NCBI GenBank assembly: GCA_963789395.1
Contig: CAWBKP010000022.1
Coordinates: forward strand, 192,001 to 256,000
From: an uncultured delta proteobacterium
GTDB taxonomy: Bacteria > Desulfobacterota > Desulfobacteria > Desulfobacterales > Desulfatirhabdiaceae
Direction: 5' to 3'
Length of the DNA: 64,000 nt
Part shown: piece after piece, positions 37,943-47,869 of the stretch
How the letters are laid out: every line of letters starts with the position of its first letter
How positions within the stretch are numbered: position 1 is the stretch's first letter
Position numbers and translations under genes: made by a program
The notes under the pieces: generated by a model
Databases searched by the model: none
Seen by the model: the letters and a program-made list of their open reading frames with translations, nothing else
Told to the model about the DNA's origin: nothing

Positions 37943-38130
37943 ATTCTCATAATCCTTGTTATGGTAATCAATATAGCGGCAAAGTCACTGGTCTAAAATT
38001 CCCCGCTTTGGAAAAGAGGGCCAGTAGAATTTGGGTAATAAAATGAAAATAGTTATAAAACAATAAAACTGACACAGATGTTACATGCTTTATTTTGATA
38101 AATTGCCGGCTTCGGAACCGGCAGGGCGCA

Positions 38131-39435
38131 TCAGTGGTAGATCAGTGACGGCAGCCACAATGTCATGGGCGGCCAGAAGCAGGCAATCAGCAGCGCTGCC
38201 ACGGCTGCGGCAACCAGCGGCATGACGGCACGGCTCACTTCCCCCAACGGCGCACCGGAGATCCCGCAGCTCACGAACAGGCAGATCCCTACGGGCGGAG
38301 TCAACATGCCCATGGCCAAATTGATGACCATCAGGACCCCGAACTGAACCGGATCAACGCCCATCTGAGGCGTCAGCACAGCCAGGACAGGAACCAGCAG
38401 TATCAGAGCTGCCGTGGTTTCCATGACACAGCCGACGACAAGAAGGCTTGCCATGACAAGCAGCAGCAGTCCCCAGGGCGGCAGGCCCAGCGCGGTAACC
38501 GCAGCGCCGACAAGCTGGGTCGTCTGTTTCATGGCCACCAGCCAGGTAAAGACCTTTGCCATGGCAATAATAAATAGGATGGTGGCTGCGGTGATCTGCG
38601 AACGGACGATGAGATCCGGCATTTCCTGCCACGTCAGCTCGCGGTTGAAGACCATACTTACGAGAAGGGCGTAGAAGACGGCCAGCGCGGCAGCCTCGGT
38701 GACCGTGACGATCCCCGACAGAATCCCGCCAAGCACGATGACGGGAGCGCCAAGCGCCCAAATCGCATTTTTCAGGGACATCCACATCCGACGCAGCGAA
38801 AAATGCTGGCGGTGCCCGTAATCCTTATGCCAGCATATCCAGATCGACACGGCCATGAAGGAACACCCAAAGAGAATACCCACCATCATCCCGCCGGCAA
38901 AAAGCCTGGCGATGGAGACATTGGTCAGAAAGCCGAAAATCACCATGGGAATGGATGGCGGGATAATGACGCCGATAGCGCCACCCGCGGCGACCACGGC
39001 GGCGGCAAAAGCCGGCGGATAGCCCTGCCGGATCATGGCGGGGATGACGACCGCGCCAATGGCAGCGGTGTCTGCAGCGGCGGATCCGGAAATACCGGCA
39101 AAGAACATGGAGGCGACAATGCAGGCGCATGCCAGGCCGCCAGGGACCCAGCCCACCAGGCTGTCCGAAAAATCAATGAGCTGCCGAGATATTCCCCCGG
39201 TCTCCATGATGGCGCCTGCCAGCATGAACAACGGCACGGCCAGAAGATCGAATGAATCCACACCGGCAAACAGAAGCTGCACGATTGTCTGCCCCAGTGC
39301 CGACAGCTGAACGCCGGCAGGGAAAACGCCGGGAGTCAGCATGAGGCCAATGGCCGGAAGACCTATGGATAAAGCGATCGGAAGCCCCAGGGCGATCAGC
39401 AGGAAAAGAAGCGCAAAAAGTAGAACAACCGTCAT
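38131..39435 (-). CDS. dctM: TRAP transporter large permease
   Basis: LLAVPLFMLAG, FAGISGSAAADTAAIG, IIPPSIPMVI, GVDPVQFG, LTPPVG. Confidence 0.95.
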   Translation of the reverse strand: MTVVLLFALLFLLIALGLPIALSIGLPAIGLMLTPGVFPAGVQLSALGQTIVQLLFAGVDSFDLLAVPLFMLAGAIMETGGISRQLIDFSDSLVGWVPGGLACACIVASMFFAGISGSAAADTAAIGAVVIPAMIRQGYPPAFAAAVVAAGGAIGVIIPPSIPMVIFGFLTNVSIARLFAGGMMVGILFGCSFMAVSIWICWHKDYGHRQHFSLRRMWMSLKNAIWALGAPVIVLGGILSGIVTVTEAAALAVFYALLVSMVFNRELTWQEMPDLIVRSQITAATILFIIAMAKVFTWLVAMKQTTQLVGAAVTALGLPPWGLLLLVMASLLVVGCVMETTAALILLVPVLAVLTPQMGVDPVQFGVLMVINLAMGMLTPPVGICLFVSCGISGAPLGEVSRAVMPLVAAAVAALLIACFWPPMTLWLPSLIYH

Positions 39436-39911
39436 TGTGCTCCCCGTTCAAAAGTCGTTGCCATGTCTGCCAGCACATGCACGATAAACACCATGGCAGA
39501 TACGGGGATAACGGCAAAGGGGATCGACATGGGAATCTGCAAGGAGGCGGTGGTATGCTCCCATGCCGTGATCGTATATGCCGTTCCAAACCAGGCAAGG
39601 ATGCAAAAGCAGCCAAGGGTTGCTACCTGCAGGGAGACAACGATTAATTGCTGTGCGGACCGGCCCAGGCTGTGCCCGATACCCTTGAGCCCGATGAAGC
39701 TCATCCGTTTATAGGCTGCCGTCCCGCCGAGAAAGGTGATGGCTACAAGCAGATGACGGCTTACTTCCTCGGACCAGCCGAGAGAAGCACCAATATAGCG
39801 GAAGATCACCTGCGCAAAGAGAATGAGGCAAATGCTCCCGCCGATCACCATAAGGAGTTTCTCAACGATGGTATTGATCCACCGGCTTATCTGTTGCATC
39901 CGTTTTGTCAT
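39432..39911 (-). CDS. dctQ: TRAP transporter small permease
   Basis: QVIFRY...WSEEVSR...FLG; four TM segments; lies between dctP and dctM. Confidence 0.92.
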   Translation of the reverse strand: MTKRMQQISRWINTIVEKLLMVIGGSICLILFAQVIFRYIGASLGWSEEVSRHLLVAITFLGGTAAYKRMSFIGLKGIGHSLGRSAQQLIVVSLQVATLGCFCILAWFGTAYTITAWEHTTASLQIPMSIPFAVIPVSAMVFIVHVLADMATTFERGAQ

Positions 39912-39953
39912 GATTTACTGTCCTATCTCCGGGTAGGGGGTGGAACCCGTGCC

Positions 39954-40934
39954 TTACTTGACCAGTTTGCGAATGTCTTCGACAATTTTCTTCGTATCTC
40001 CGGTGGCTGAGTCCACAACAGGCGCTGTTGCCTTCCGGAAGGCTTCGATGTCGGGATGCTCCTCGATCTGCATGCCGGCAGCCTTGAGCTCCGCCAGTTG
40101 CTTTGCTTCGTTGTCACGGATAAAATCGCGTCCTTTGAGGGAGGCCGTGCGTGCCGCATCCATGATGATCTTGCGGTCCGCTTCGGGCAGATTGTCCATG
40201 AAGGACTTGTTGGACACAAAGACCAGGGCCGAGTATACATGCCGGGTAAGGGAAAGGTATTTCTGCCCGGCCTCAAGAAGTTTGGCCGCATAAATCACTG
40301 CGATCGGGTTTTCCTGCCCGTCGATGACTCCCTGCTGGAGTGCGGTAAAGATGGGCCAGGCCATGGGGGTTGGATTGGCGCCGATTGCGCGCCAGATGGC
40401 CAGATGGGTGGGTGACTCCATGGTGCGGATTTTCAGACCCTTGGCATCTTCCGGCGTTTTGATGGGGTGTTTGGAGTTGGTTACATTTCGAAATCCGTTG
40501 TCCAGAAAATGGAGTGCTACGAAACCGGCTTTTTCAAACCGTACGGCAAAATCCTGGCCGATCGGTCCGTCCAGCGCCTTGTCGGCAGCTTCATAGGATG
40601 GGAACAGAAAAGGCATTTCCAGCGCCTTGATCTCAGGGACGAAAGACTCGATGGGGCCGGTGGTGCATACGGACATCTGCGTGGTGCCAAGCTGAATCTG
40701 CTGCAGGGCCTGGGTTTCGCTTCCCAGCGCGGCCGAGTGATGGACAATTATCTTGTATTTTCCGGGAAGTGCCTTATCGATCTCTTCCTTGAACCAGACC
40801 GCCGCCCGGGTGTGCACCAATTCCGGGTTGGTGACGATGGCAATGTTTATCTCGGTTTCGGCCAGGGCCATGCCGGTAAACCCGGTCAGATAAGCAGCAA
40901 TGATGAATACAACCATAAGCATACGCATACGCAT
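39954..40934 (-). CDS. dctP: TRAP transporter substrate-binding protein
   Basis: Signal peptide; NGFRNV, GLKIRTM, GANPTPM, ALQQGVIDGQENP. Confidence 0.95.
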   Translation of the reverse strand: MRMRMLMVVFIIAAYLTGFTGMALAETEINIAIVTNPELVHTRAAVWFKEEIDKALPGKYKIIVHHSAALGSETQALQQIQLGTTQMSVCTTGPIESFVPEIKALEMPFLFPSYEAADKALDGPIGQDFAVRFEKAGFVALHFLDNGFRNVTNSKHPIKTPEDAKGLKIRTMESPTHLAIWRAIGANPTPMAWPIFTALQQGVIDGQENPIAVIYAAKLLEAGQKYLSLTRHVYSALVFVSNKSFMDNLPEADRKIIMDAARTASLKGRDFIRDNEAKQLAELKAAGMQIEEHPDIEAFRKATAPVVDSATGDTKKIVEDIRKLVK

Positions 40935-41311
40935 AAAATCTCTCCTTTTTGAAAAAAATAAGTGATGGAAACGAGTTCTTCCGCTATCAGCCTTGCTTGA
41001 TATGATAGGTAATTGAGGGCACTCCCGTTGTCAACACAAAACTGGAAATTGGGTATTAGAGATATAGACAATAATCGCGTGTACGCTGTGGAAAGGTGCT
41101 GTTTTCCAGCGGGTGCAAATCCTGTTCGGCAACAATATAAGGAAAGGTGGCTCAGCTCAAGATCAACGCGACATGTGTAAAGCAACAGGAAGAAAGGGCG
41201 AGTTGAAAACGCCGGTAAGTGTTCAGAAACTGCGGACGGCCTACATGCCAAAGCCCGCTTCATGCGGCCGCTCTGTGGGTGGAGATTTGCTTTCGATTTC
41301 AGCCATGAGGC

Positions 41312-41354
41312 AAAAACGTCCCGCCGGCAAGAACCCCCTGGAAGGACGTTTTTT
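41312..41354. terminator. Possible terminator hairpin downstream of the metallophosphoesterase
   Basis: AAAAACGTCC ... GGACGTTTTT inverted repeat with a long loop. Confidence 0.4.
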
Positions 41355-41382
41355 CGTTAATAGCCCTCTGGTTTAACTGCGA

Positions 41383-43416
41383 TCAGTAATTTGCGATCTT
41401 GGCCTGCATCTCGGGAGTCAATTGTTTGACAAGCTCCGCACTAACGGCATTGGATGAGACAGTTGCGAAAGTGGAGAGGCCACCCAATATCCTTTCGGTC
41501 CCGATTGCATACGAACGCGAAACTGCTGCGATCGACCCGTCCTGTGCCGCGGGATCGACATCTACCGCAATTATCGAAATCGTATTGTCGCTGTTGCGGA
41601 CGATATCAAACGTTCGGAACTGCTGGGGAAAGTCCCTGAGCGATGCGGTCTCGACCTCCCAGAAGCCGGTTTCTGGATGGGAGGGGTCGGGTTGTGGGGT
41701 AATGGTGTTCATGTGACGATGTCCCGCGATCCACAGCAAAAGATTCGGATAGTTGTGAAGTGTGGCAAGTAATTCATTGTCGGTTTTGATGGAATGGGGA
41801 TCGGGGCTTGGAGGATCGTAGAAAATATTCATTTGGGTTGTCGGGCTGGTGAGACCCGTTTGAGGTCCAACCGGCACGTGTGCGGCGATGATCATGAGCA
41901 TCCCATCGGCCTGCCCTCTATCGAGTTCACCTACAAGCCAGTCGTAGCGTCTCTGATCCAAACACCCCTGAGCATAATATGGAGGGACTTTAGCATTGAC
42001 ATTTGCCTTGCAAGTATCGTCGAGCACAAGTACCCGGATCGGCATATTCGTCTTGGGCTCGAAGGTGTAGCAGGCAAAGTCCGTATCGATGTTGGACTGC
42101 GTGAATCCGTGACCCACCGGGGTCGATGTGGTATTAAAGAATTCATTCATCCAATTCAAGGTCGATGAGCCGGTTGTCGGGTTGTTCGAGATGGTCGCCG
42201 CGCTGAGCGACCGGCGATCCGGATCAGCGGCAACTTTCGGGGGAGTTGCGAAGTACGCGACCGGGCCAACGCCTCTGACGATCCCGTCGGGTGTCGATCC
42301 GTCGACAACCCCCATGTAATAGCCCTGGTTATCAGCTGGAGGCAGGTTCATATTACTGCTTGCTGTTTGGATCGTATCGCCGACATAGTGACTCCGGATG
42401 TAATCATCCACAAGGAAGGTTCCCATGTAAAACTGATCGTGGTTGCCGACCACCTGATACCAGGGGATCGATTTGTTGAGTCCGGCCGCTCGGTAGGGTT
42501 TCTGATAATCGATATAGCTTGCTCCGACGTGATCGCCTGAACTGGGGGTGATTTGCTTGCCGTCAATGACATCGATATACCATCTGAGTTCGTTGTACTG
42601 CGTGTTGTTGATCGCATCGCCGAGAAAAATGCCGAAATCAAAGGGTTTCTGATTGTGGAGTGCGTTGACCGTCTGGATAGCTGTATCGAGGACTTGGGTC
42701 GTATAGCAAATAACCGGTGAATATGCCGAAGAAGTGTTCATGCCTTCTCCGGAGCCACCTGGACCGTTCGATCCGAAGGTTGCGGTCCAACCGTAATAAA
42801 TCCCCTGAGCCGGAGATTCTTTATCTGCGATATGAACGTCAGTTATGGTGAAGAAATTCAAAAGGTGGCTCGCTTTTGTGACAGATTCCCCTGTGTAGCC
42901 CACAGGCATAATGTCGGTATTTTTGGCCAAAGAGAGGCCGGGCCCTTCCTGCCACGTACCGAAACCGAAAATATCGTATAAAAAAAGATCAGCCGGGGAA
43001 ATCTGGGGCGTGTAAGGGGACAAAGCTACAGGAATAACCGTCTTCTGGAGGGTCGTAAAAACATCTGCCGCAATCGGGTACGATCCCATGTTGATCGATA
43101 CAATGTTGGAGTATTGACTGACGCCGGTATTATCGCGGGACTGGACTGCAAAATAGAAAGCGGCGCCGGCCGGCAGTTCTCCTGACACGCTTTTCCGAGT
43201 TCCCATATCCAAGCTCACGATGGATGCCGGTCCCGTAAACGGCATTGGAGCATAGGACAATAAATACCCCGTTGCTCCCGCAACTTCGGTCCAGGAAAGA
43301 CAGGTCCAACTCCCATTCGTGACACTTAACACCGGGGGCTGTGGCTGAGCGCTTGCCGGGCCTGATATCAAAAACAATGCACAGGCCGTTACAAAAAGAT
43401 ATTTTTTCAATTTCAT
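41383..43416 (-). CDS. Secreted calcineurin-like metallophosphoesterase (TIGR03768-like) with an N-terminal Fn3-like module
   Basis: Signal peptide MKLKKYLFVTAC; TDVHIADKESP, LGDAINNTQYNELRWYID, GNHD, AHVP, WIAGHRH, FWEVETASLRDFPQQFR. Confidence 0.85.
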   Translation of the reverse strand: MKLKKYLFVTACALFLISGPASAQPQPPVLSVTNGSWTCLSWTEVAGATGYLLSYAPMPFTGPASIVSLDMGTRKSVSGELPAGAAFYFAVQSRDNTGVSQYSNIVSINMGSYPIAADVFTTLQKTVIPVALSPYTPQISPADLFLYDIFGFGTWQEGPGLSLAKNTDIMPVGYTGESVTKASHLLNFFTITDVHIADKESPAQGIYYGWTATFGSNGPGGSGEGMNTSSAYSPVICYTTQVLDTAIQTVNALHNQKPFDFGIFLGDAINNTQYNELRWYIDVIDGKQITPSSGDHVGASYIDYQKPYRAAGLNKSIPWYQVVGNHDQFYMGTFLVDDYIRSHYVGDTIQTASSNMNLPPADNQGYYMGVVDGSTPDGIVRGVGPVAYFATPPKVAADPDRRSLSAATISNNPTTGSSTLNWMNEFFNTTSTPVGHGFTQSNIDTDFACYTFEPKTNMPIRVLVLDDTCKANVNAKVPPYYAQGCLDQRRYDWLVGELDRGQADGMLMIIAAHVPVGPQTGLTSPTTQMNIFYDPPSPDPHSIKTDNELLATLHNYPNLLLWIAGHRHMNTITPQPDPSHPETGFWEVETASLRDFPQQFRTFDIVRNSDNTISIIAVDVDPAAQDGSIAAVSRSYAIGTERILGGLSTFATVSSNAVSAELVKQLTPEMQAKIANY

Positions 43417-43436
43417 AAGGGATTCCTTGTTATCAG

Positions 43437-43607
43437 GTAACTGCTCAGGCACAAAGTGGCAAAGACACAGAGGCACATAGAGAAATGGTTGAAAGCCCAT
43501 AAGATGAGGATATGTGCATGGGAACTCGAGTTATTGTCAGCATATGAAGAAAAAACAAGTAAACTTTGTGCCTGTATGCCTCAGTGCCTTTGAACCTGAG
43601 TAGTTAC
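43437..43607. mobile_element. MITE-like element, 171 bp, with imperfect terminal inverted repeats of about 44 bp
   Basis: Left GTAACTGCTCAGGCACAAAG...AGGCACATAG versus right CTTTGTGCCT...CTTTGAACCTGAGTAGTTAC; no internal gene; no clean target-site duplication. Confidence 0.6.
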
Positions 43608-43672
43608 GTTGTTAGGTTGATTGCCATGGTCTCCAGCTGTTTCGGTTAGGATATGATATTTGCTGTTAAAGA

Positions 43673-44113
43673 TCAGGCTGACGGTACCAACGCCTGGAAA
43701 TAGTCGGTTGATCCACCGCTCTGGTTTGAGTTCGAGCCGCTTTGTGTTGGGCTGTCAGGCACCACTCCGATCGATTGCAATTGATCAAAAAACTGTTGGA
43801 CGATGGATGGGTCACAGGGGTGATGGGTATTGCTCAAAGACTGCAATTGCTGTGTGAGTTGAGCCAGACTGTCGGTCGATGTCGTGGCTGGGTTGGGTGT
43901 TGCGTTACTCTGGTTTGAGTTCGAGCCGCTTTGTGTTGGGCTGTCAGGCAACACCCCGATCGATTGCAATTGAGCCAGAAACAGTTGGCCAATGGATGGG
44001 TCACAGGGGTGATGGGTCTTGCTCAAAGACTGCAACTGCTGTGTGAGTTGAGTAAGACCGTCGAACGATGCTTGATATATGCTGCCGTTTGATGAAATTC
44101 CTGAGATTGACAT
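43673..44113 (-). CDS. Q/S/T-rich hypothetical protein with a 63-aa-period tandem duplication
   Basis: GGAGG RBS; MSISGISS start; two copies of QLTQQLQSLSxTHHPCDPSIxQxFxxQLQSIGVxPDSPTQSGSNSNQS; several differences between copies are synonymous. Confidence 0.75.
   Translation of the reverse strand: MSISGISSNGSIYQASFDGLTQLTQQLQSLSKTHHPCDPSIGQLFLAQLQSIGVLPDSPTQSGSNSNQSNATPNPATTSTDSLAQLTQQLQSLSNTHHPCDPSIVQQFFDQLQSIGVVPDSPTQSGSNSNQSGGSTDYFQALVPSA
43719..44063. repeat. Direct repeat, two 156-bp copies with a 189-bp period
   Basis: 43719-43874 and 43908-44063 are nearly identical. Confidence 0.93.
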
Positions 44114-44209
44114 GAATGCCCTCCTGCTCCCTTGTGGGAACTACACTTGTAACGGATTATAAGAAATTTAGGGTTGCACGCCCTAATAGTGCTACTTTCT
44201 CCTGTTGTA

Positions 44210-44225
44210 TGCAAAAATACAGCCA
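44210..44225 (-). promoter_or_regulatory. Sigma54 promoter upstream of the repeat protein
   Basis: Minus strand TGGCTGTATTTTTGCA (GG-N10-GC), about 100 bp upstream of the ATG at 44113. Confidence 0.6.
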
Positions 44226-44626
44226 ATTAATAATGCGTACTTGGCCCAAGCCCCGAAGCCATTCTCTATCACTATGATGTTGTATTAGATCGTAATCCTG
44301 GACAGATGGTTAATGGTATCTTTCCGGCAGCATGTTTAAAGTCAATGTTTTGACGCAGTTCCAAAACCACTATCCTATGATGCTCGCTTTTTTAAATCCT
44401 CGAGTCAACCTGCCCGACAATTGAAATCAATTCATTAAAAATATGGACAAATGATATTGTTTCTGATAGCAAAAAACTGAAATAAATTTTTTTAATTAAG
44501 TTTATATCAATTTGTTTTTACTGATTGTTGCTATGATAAACAGGCATTGTATCTTCAGCCTGTAATACTCGATCGTCTGAGTTATTGATTTTGAAACCGA
44601 TTGCACTCAATAAAGGAGGGCCCGAA

Positions 44627-45904
44627 ATGAAATTAAAGTATTTCAGAATGTTGGTGCTTTTTCTGGCCGCAGTATTCATGATCCTGCCTGCCCGGCAGGT
44701 CCTGGCGGCAAAACCGATCGTCCTGGGCTGTCCCCTTTCGACGGCCTTTCTTTACGGATGGGCTGCGGAAAGAGGGGTTAAACTGGCGGTTGAAGAAATT
44801 AATGCCAAAGGCGGGGTCAATGTAAAAGGGGAAATGCGCCCTTTTGAAGTTGAAGTGATCGATACACGCGATCTGGAGCCGGGGGTTCCTGTCAGTGATG
44901 CCCTTTTGGCAGTGGAAAAGCTGATCCTTGATAAAAAAGCCGATTTCATTCTGGGCGGTCCCGTACGCTCCGAAGCAGCCCTTGCCGCCATGCCGCTTTT
45001 ATCGAAATACCAGAAAGTTTCCATCCTTACCACGGGTGTGCTGACCCCAAAGTACACTGCACTGGTGGCTGAACAGTACGACAAATTCAAATACTGCTTT
45101 CGAATCCATGGAGAGGCAAAAAATTTAGTGGGTGAGATGTTCGCCAACTTCACCGAACTGAAAGAAAAATACGGATTCAATAACCTGTTCATTATCGCCC
45201 AGGATGTTTCCCATGCCAGGGGTGCTGCCGAAGTGATGAAGGACGTGGCCACAAAAAAAGGCTGGAATGTCACCGGCGTTGAGATTTACCCCACGGGCGC
45301 TACGGATTTTTCCATGGGACTGCTGAAAGCCAAGAAGACGGACTCGCAGATAATCAATATCTGGATGGATATGCCGGAAAGCGCTATTTTGCTGAAACAG
45401 TGGTATGAAATGCAAATCCCCGCACTGCCGTTCGGCTCGACTTTGGCGGCTGCAGAGCAGCCCAGTTTCTGGGATGCCACGGACGGAAAAGGCCAATACA
45501 CACTTTGTAATGTGGTCAATGCCGGCAACGCCCCCTCCGAAGCCACCCCGTGGACCATGAAATTCTACGACGCCTATACCAAAAAATGGGGCGTGGAGCC
45601 GGAGGGCCTTGGCTCATCCAGCAGCTACATGGCCGTTTATGTGCTGCGGGATGCCATCGAGCGCGCGGGCACCCTGGATTCCGACAAGGTGGTGGCAGAG
45701 CTTGAAAAGACGGATATCATGGGGGTTTATGGCAGGCTCCGGTTCGATCCCAAAAGCCATCAGGTCATCCCTGCCACGGACCCCAAGGAAGGCGCGGTCG
45801 GAACCATCCTGCAGTGGCAGAACGGCAAGCGGGTGGTGGTCTATCCCAAAAGCATCGCAACGGGAAGTATCCTGTTGCCTCCGTGGATGAAGGAGAGCAA
45901 ATAA
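44627..45904 (+). CDS. ABC transporter substrate-binding protein (LivK/HAAT family)
   Basis: AAGGAGG RBS; signal peptide; GVKLAVEEINAKGGV, DAIERAGTLDSDKVV, QWQNGK. Confidence 0.9.
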   Translation: MKLKYFRMLVLFLAAVFMILPARQVLAAKPIVLGCPLSTAFLYGWAAERGVKLAVEEINAKGGVNVKGEMRPFEVEVIDTRDLEPGVPVSDALLAVEKLILDKKADFILGGPVRSEAALAAMPLLSKYQKVSILTTGVLTPKYTALVAEQYDKFKYCFRIHGEAKNLVGEMFANFTELKEKYGFNNLFIIAQDVSHARGAAEVMKDVATKKGWNVTGVEIYPTGATDFSMGLLKAKKTDSQIINIWMDMPESAILLKQWYEMQIPALPFGSTLAAAEQPSFWDATDGKGQYTLCNVVNAGNAPSEATPWTMKFYDAYTKKWGVEPEGLGSSSSYMAVYVLRDAIERAGTLDSDKVVAELEKTDIMGVYGRLRFDPKSHQVIPATDPKEGAVGTILQWQNGKRVVVYPKSIATGSILLPPWMKESK

Positions 45905-45922
45905 TTATTTTTTGCGGCTGAC

Positions 45923-45953
45923 GCAGAAAGCGCGGGAAACAGGTGCTTTCTGC
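45923..45953 (+). other. Intra-operon stem-loop after the binding-protein gene
   Basis: GCAGAAAGCGC / GTGCTTTCTGC stem; position typical of differential mRNA stabilisers in ABC operons. Confidence 0.5.
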
Positions 45954-45985
45954 TATCCTTAAATACGCCGGGACATGACGATATT

Positions 45986-46852
45986 ATGGATATTTTGATC
46001 TACGGAACCATCAACAGTGTGACGCTGGCACTTTATGCGATCGGCTTTGCCATGGTCTACGGCGTCAGCCGACTGCCCAATTTCGCCCACGGCGCCCTAT
46101 ATGTGGTCAGCGGGTTCATTACCTGGAGTTTTTTGAATCTGCTGGGGATGAACTACCTGCTCAGTATCATTCTGGCGCTGATTTCAACAGCCATCATCGG
46201 TGCGTTGATATACCAGTTTGTGCTCATTCGTGTTCGGGGCATGGAAATTTCGGAAATCATCGCCTCCTATGCCATCGGGTTGGCGATTCTGGAAGGACTC
46301 AGATGGGGCGGTTTCAAGGGCCTGACCTATACCCTGCCGGCCTTTATCGAGGGCAGCATGGAGATTGCCGGCGTATCGGTGGATAACCAGCGCCTTCTGG
46401 TGGTCGGCATCGGGGCTGCCGTGGTGGGGCTGCTGTGGCTGTTCACCCGCTACACGCGCATCGGCCTTGCCATGCGAGGCATGGCACAGGACGAGCGAGC
46501 GGCCCTGATGCTGGGTATCGATTCCGATTTGATAGCGGTTATGGCCATGGGTTTCGGCTCCATGCTGGCGGGTTTGGCCGCGGTGTTGCTGCTGCCACTG
46601 GGCAACATTGTCGTTGAGGCCGGCTATAATATATTGATCCTGGCCATTGCCGTTTGCATCGTAGGGGGTCTGGGAAGCTGGATGGGCGCTGTGATGGCCG
46701 CTTTCCTGATCGGTTTTGCCCAGATTCTGACCGTCGTGTATCTTGGCGCCCATTACCAGATGGTGGTGGCGCTGCTGGCAATCATATTAACACTCATCCT
46801 CAGACCATCGGGGCTTTTCGGGAGGCAGAAACAACTGGAGGAGAGAGTCTAA
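45986..46852 (+). CDS. livH: HAAT ABC permease (LivH-like)
   Basis: GFAMVYGVSRLPNFAHG, TRIGLAMRGMAQD, VGGLGS, LRPSGLFG. Confidence 0.88.
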   Translation: MDILIYGTINSVTLALYAIGFAMVYGVSRLPNFAHGALYVVSGFITWSFLNLLGMNYLLSIILALISTAIIGALIYQFVLIRVRGMEISEIIASYAIGLAILEGLRWGGFKGLTYTLPAFIEGSMEIAGVSVDNQRLLVVGIGAAVVGLLWLFTRYTRIGLAMRGMAQDERAALMLGIDSDLIAVMAMGFGSMLAGLAAVLLLPLGNIVVEAGYNILILAIAVCIVGGLGSWMGAVMAAFLIGFAQILTVVYLGAHYQMVVALLAIILTLILRPSGLFGRQKQLEERV

Positions 46853-47869
46853 ATGGGAAATGATACCCAGAGCCGCAAGGAGCGAATCGACCGGGGCATC
46901 AAGGTGCGTTCGGACGGTATCTATGCCCTGATGTCCATCAGGGAATTGTCATATCTTACCTTGCCGCGACTGATCCTTATTATTGGGCTGCTGGCCCTGC
47001 CGCTGCTGTTGCCGGGCATGTACTGGCAACGCGTCATCACCATCACCTGCATCTACTCCCTTTTGGCGCTCAGCTTCGACTTTCTGGCCCATTTCGTCGG
47101 GCTGGTTTCACTGGGAGGGGCTTTTTTCGTCGGTGTCGGCGGTTATATGGCCGCCATAATGAATACAACCTTCGGCCTGCCTCCGTGGCTGACCGTTCCG
47201 CTGGCCGCCCTGGCCGGAGGCGGCATCTGCACGTTGCTGCTGTTGCCGTGCCTGCCGTTAAGGGGGGTATACTTTGCCATTGTGAGTCTCATGTATCCCC
47301 TTTTTGTGGCGCGACTGATCGAAGCCCTGAATATTCTCGGCGGAACCGACGGCATCACCGGCATTGACAGTTTTTCCAACCGCTGGGTGGAACAGTACTT
47401 TATCATCGGCATTTTGCTCCTGCTCCTGTTTGGCGTCAGAAGGCTGGTTACCACCGATATCGGCCTTGTTCTGCGCGGTGTCAAGGACAACGACCAGGCG
47501 ATCCGGGCCTCCGGAATGAACGTTACCCTGTATAAAGCCATGGCCGTATATATCGCCTCGTCCATGGGATGTCTGAGCGGCGCATGTCTGGTGCATATCT
47601 ATATGTGGTCCGGGATTTCCCAGTTTGCACTCGATTTTTCAATTCTGCCCATTGCCGCCACGGTGATCGGCGGTGGAGGAACCCTTGTCGGACCCGTACT
47701 GGGTTGCCTGATTCTGGTTCCCATCTCAGAGCTGTTGCGGGAGTTCGGAACCCTTCGCGTTGTTTTCTATGCATTGATCCTGGTCGCCTTTATCATTTTC
47801 CGCAGCGAAGGGATCATGGTTTACGGGCAGCGTAAATATCAACAGTTTGAAAGGTGGACCCGGATATGA
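46853..47869 (+). CDS. livM: HAAT ABC permease (LivM-like)
   Basis: GLVSLG, LRGVYFAIVSL, GGTDGI, IGGGGTLVGPVLG. Confidence 0.88.
   Translation: MGNDTQSRKERIDRGIKVRSDGIYALMSIRELSYLTLPRLILIIGLLALPLLLPGMYWQRVITITCIYSLLALSFDFLAHFVGLVSLGGAFFVGVGGYMAAIMNTTFGLPPWLTVPLAALAGGGICTLLLLPCLPLRGVYFAIVSLMYPLFVARLIEALNILGGTDGITGIDSFSNRWVEQYFIIGILLLLLFGVRRLVTTDIGLVLRGVKDNDQAIRASGMNVTLYKAMAVYIASSMGCLSGACLVHIYMWSGISQFALDFSILPIAATVIGGGGTLVGPVLGCLILVPISELLREFGTLRVVFYALILVAFIIFRSEGIMVYGQRKYQQFERWTRI

Noticed and set aside
37997..38022. REP-like palindrome TCCCCGCTTTGGAAAAGAGGG
   Set aside because: Single degenerate copy in the window; cannot be supported as a repeat family from this sequence.
43449..44063. CRISPR array
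   Set aside because: The repeats are a two-copy coding duplication and inverted arms; no regularly spaced repeat-spacer units and no cas genes were seen.
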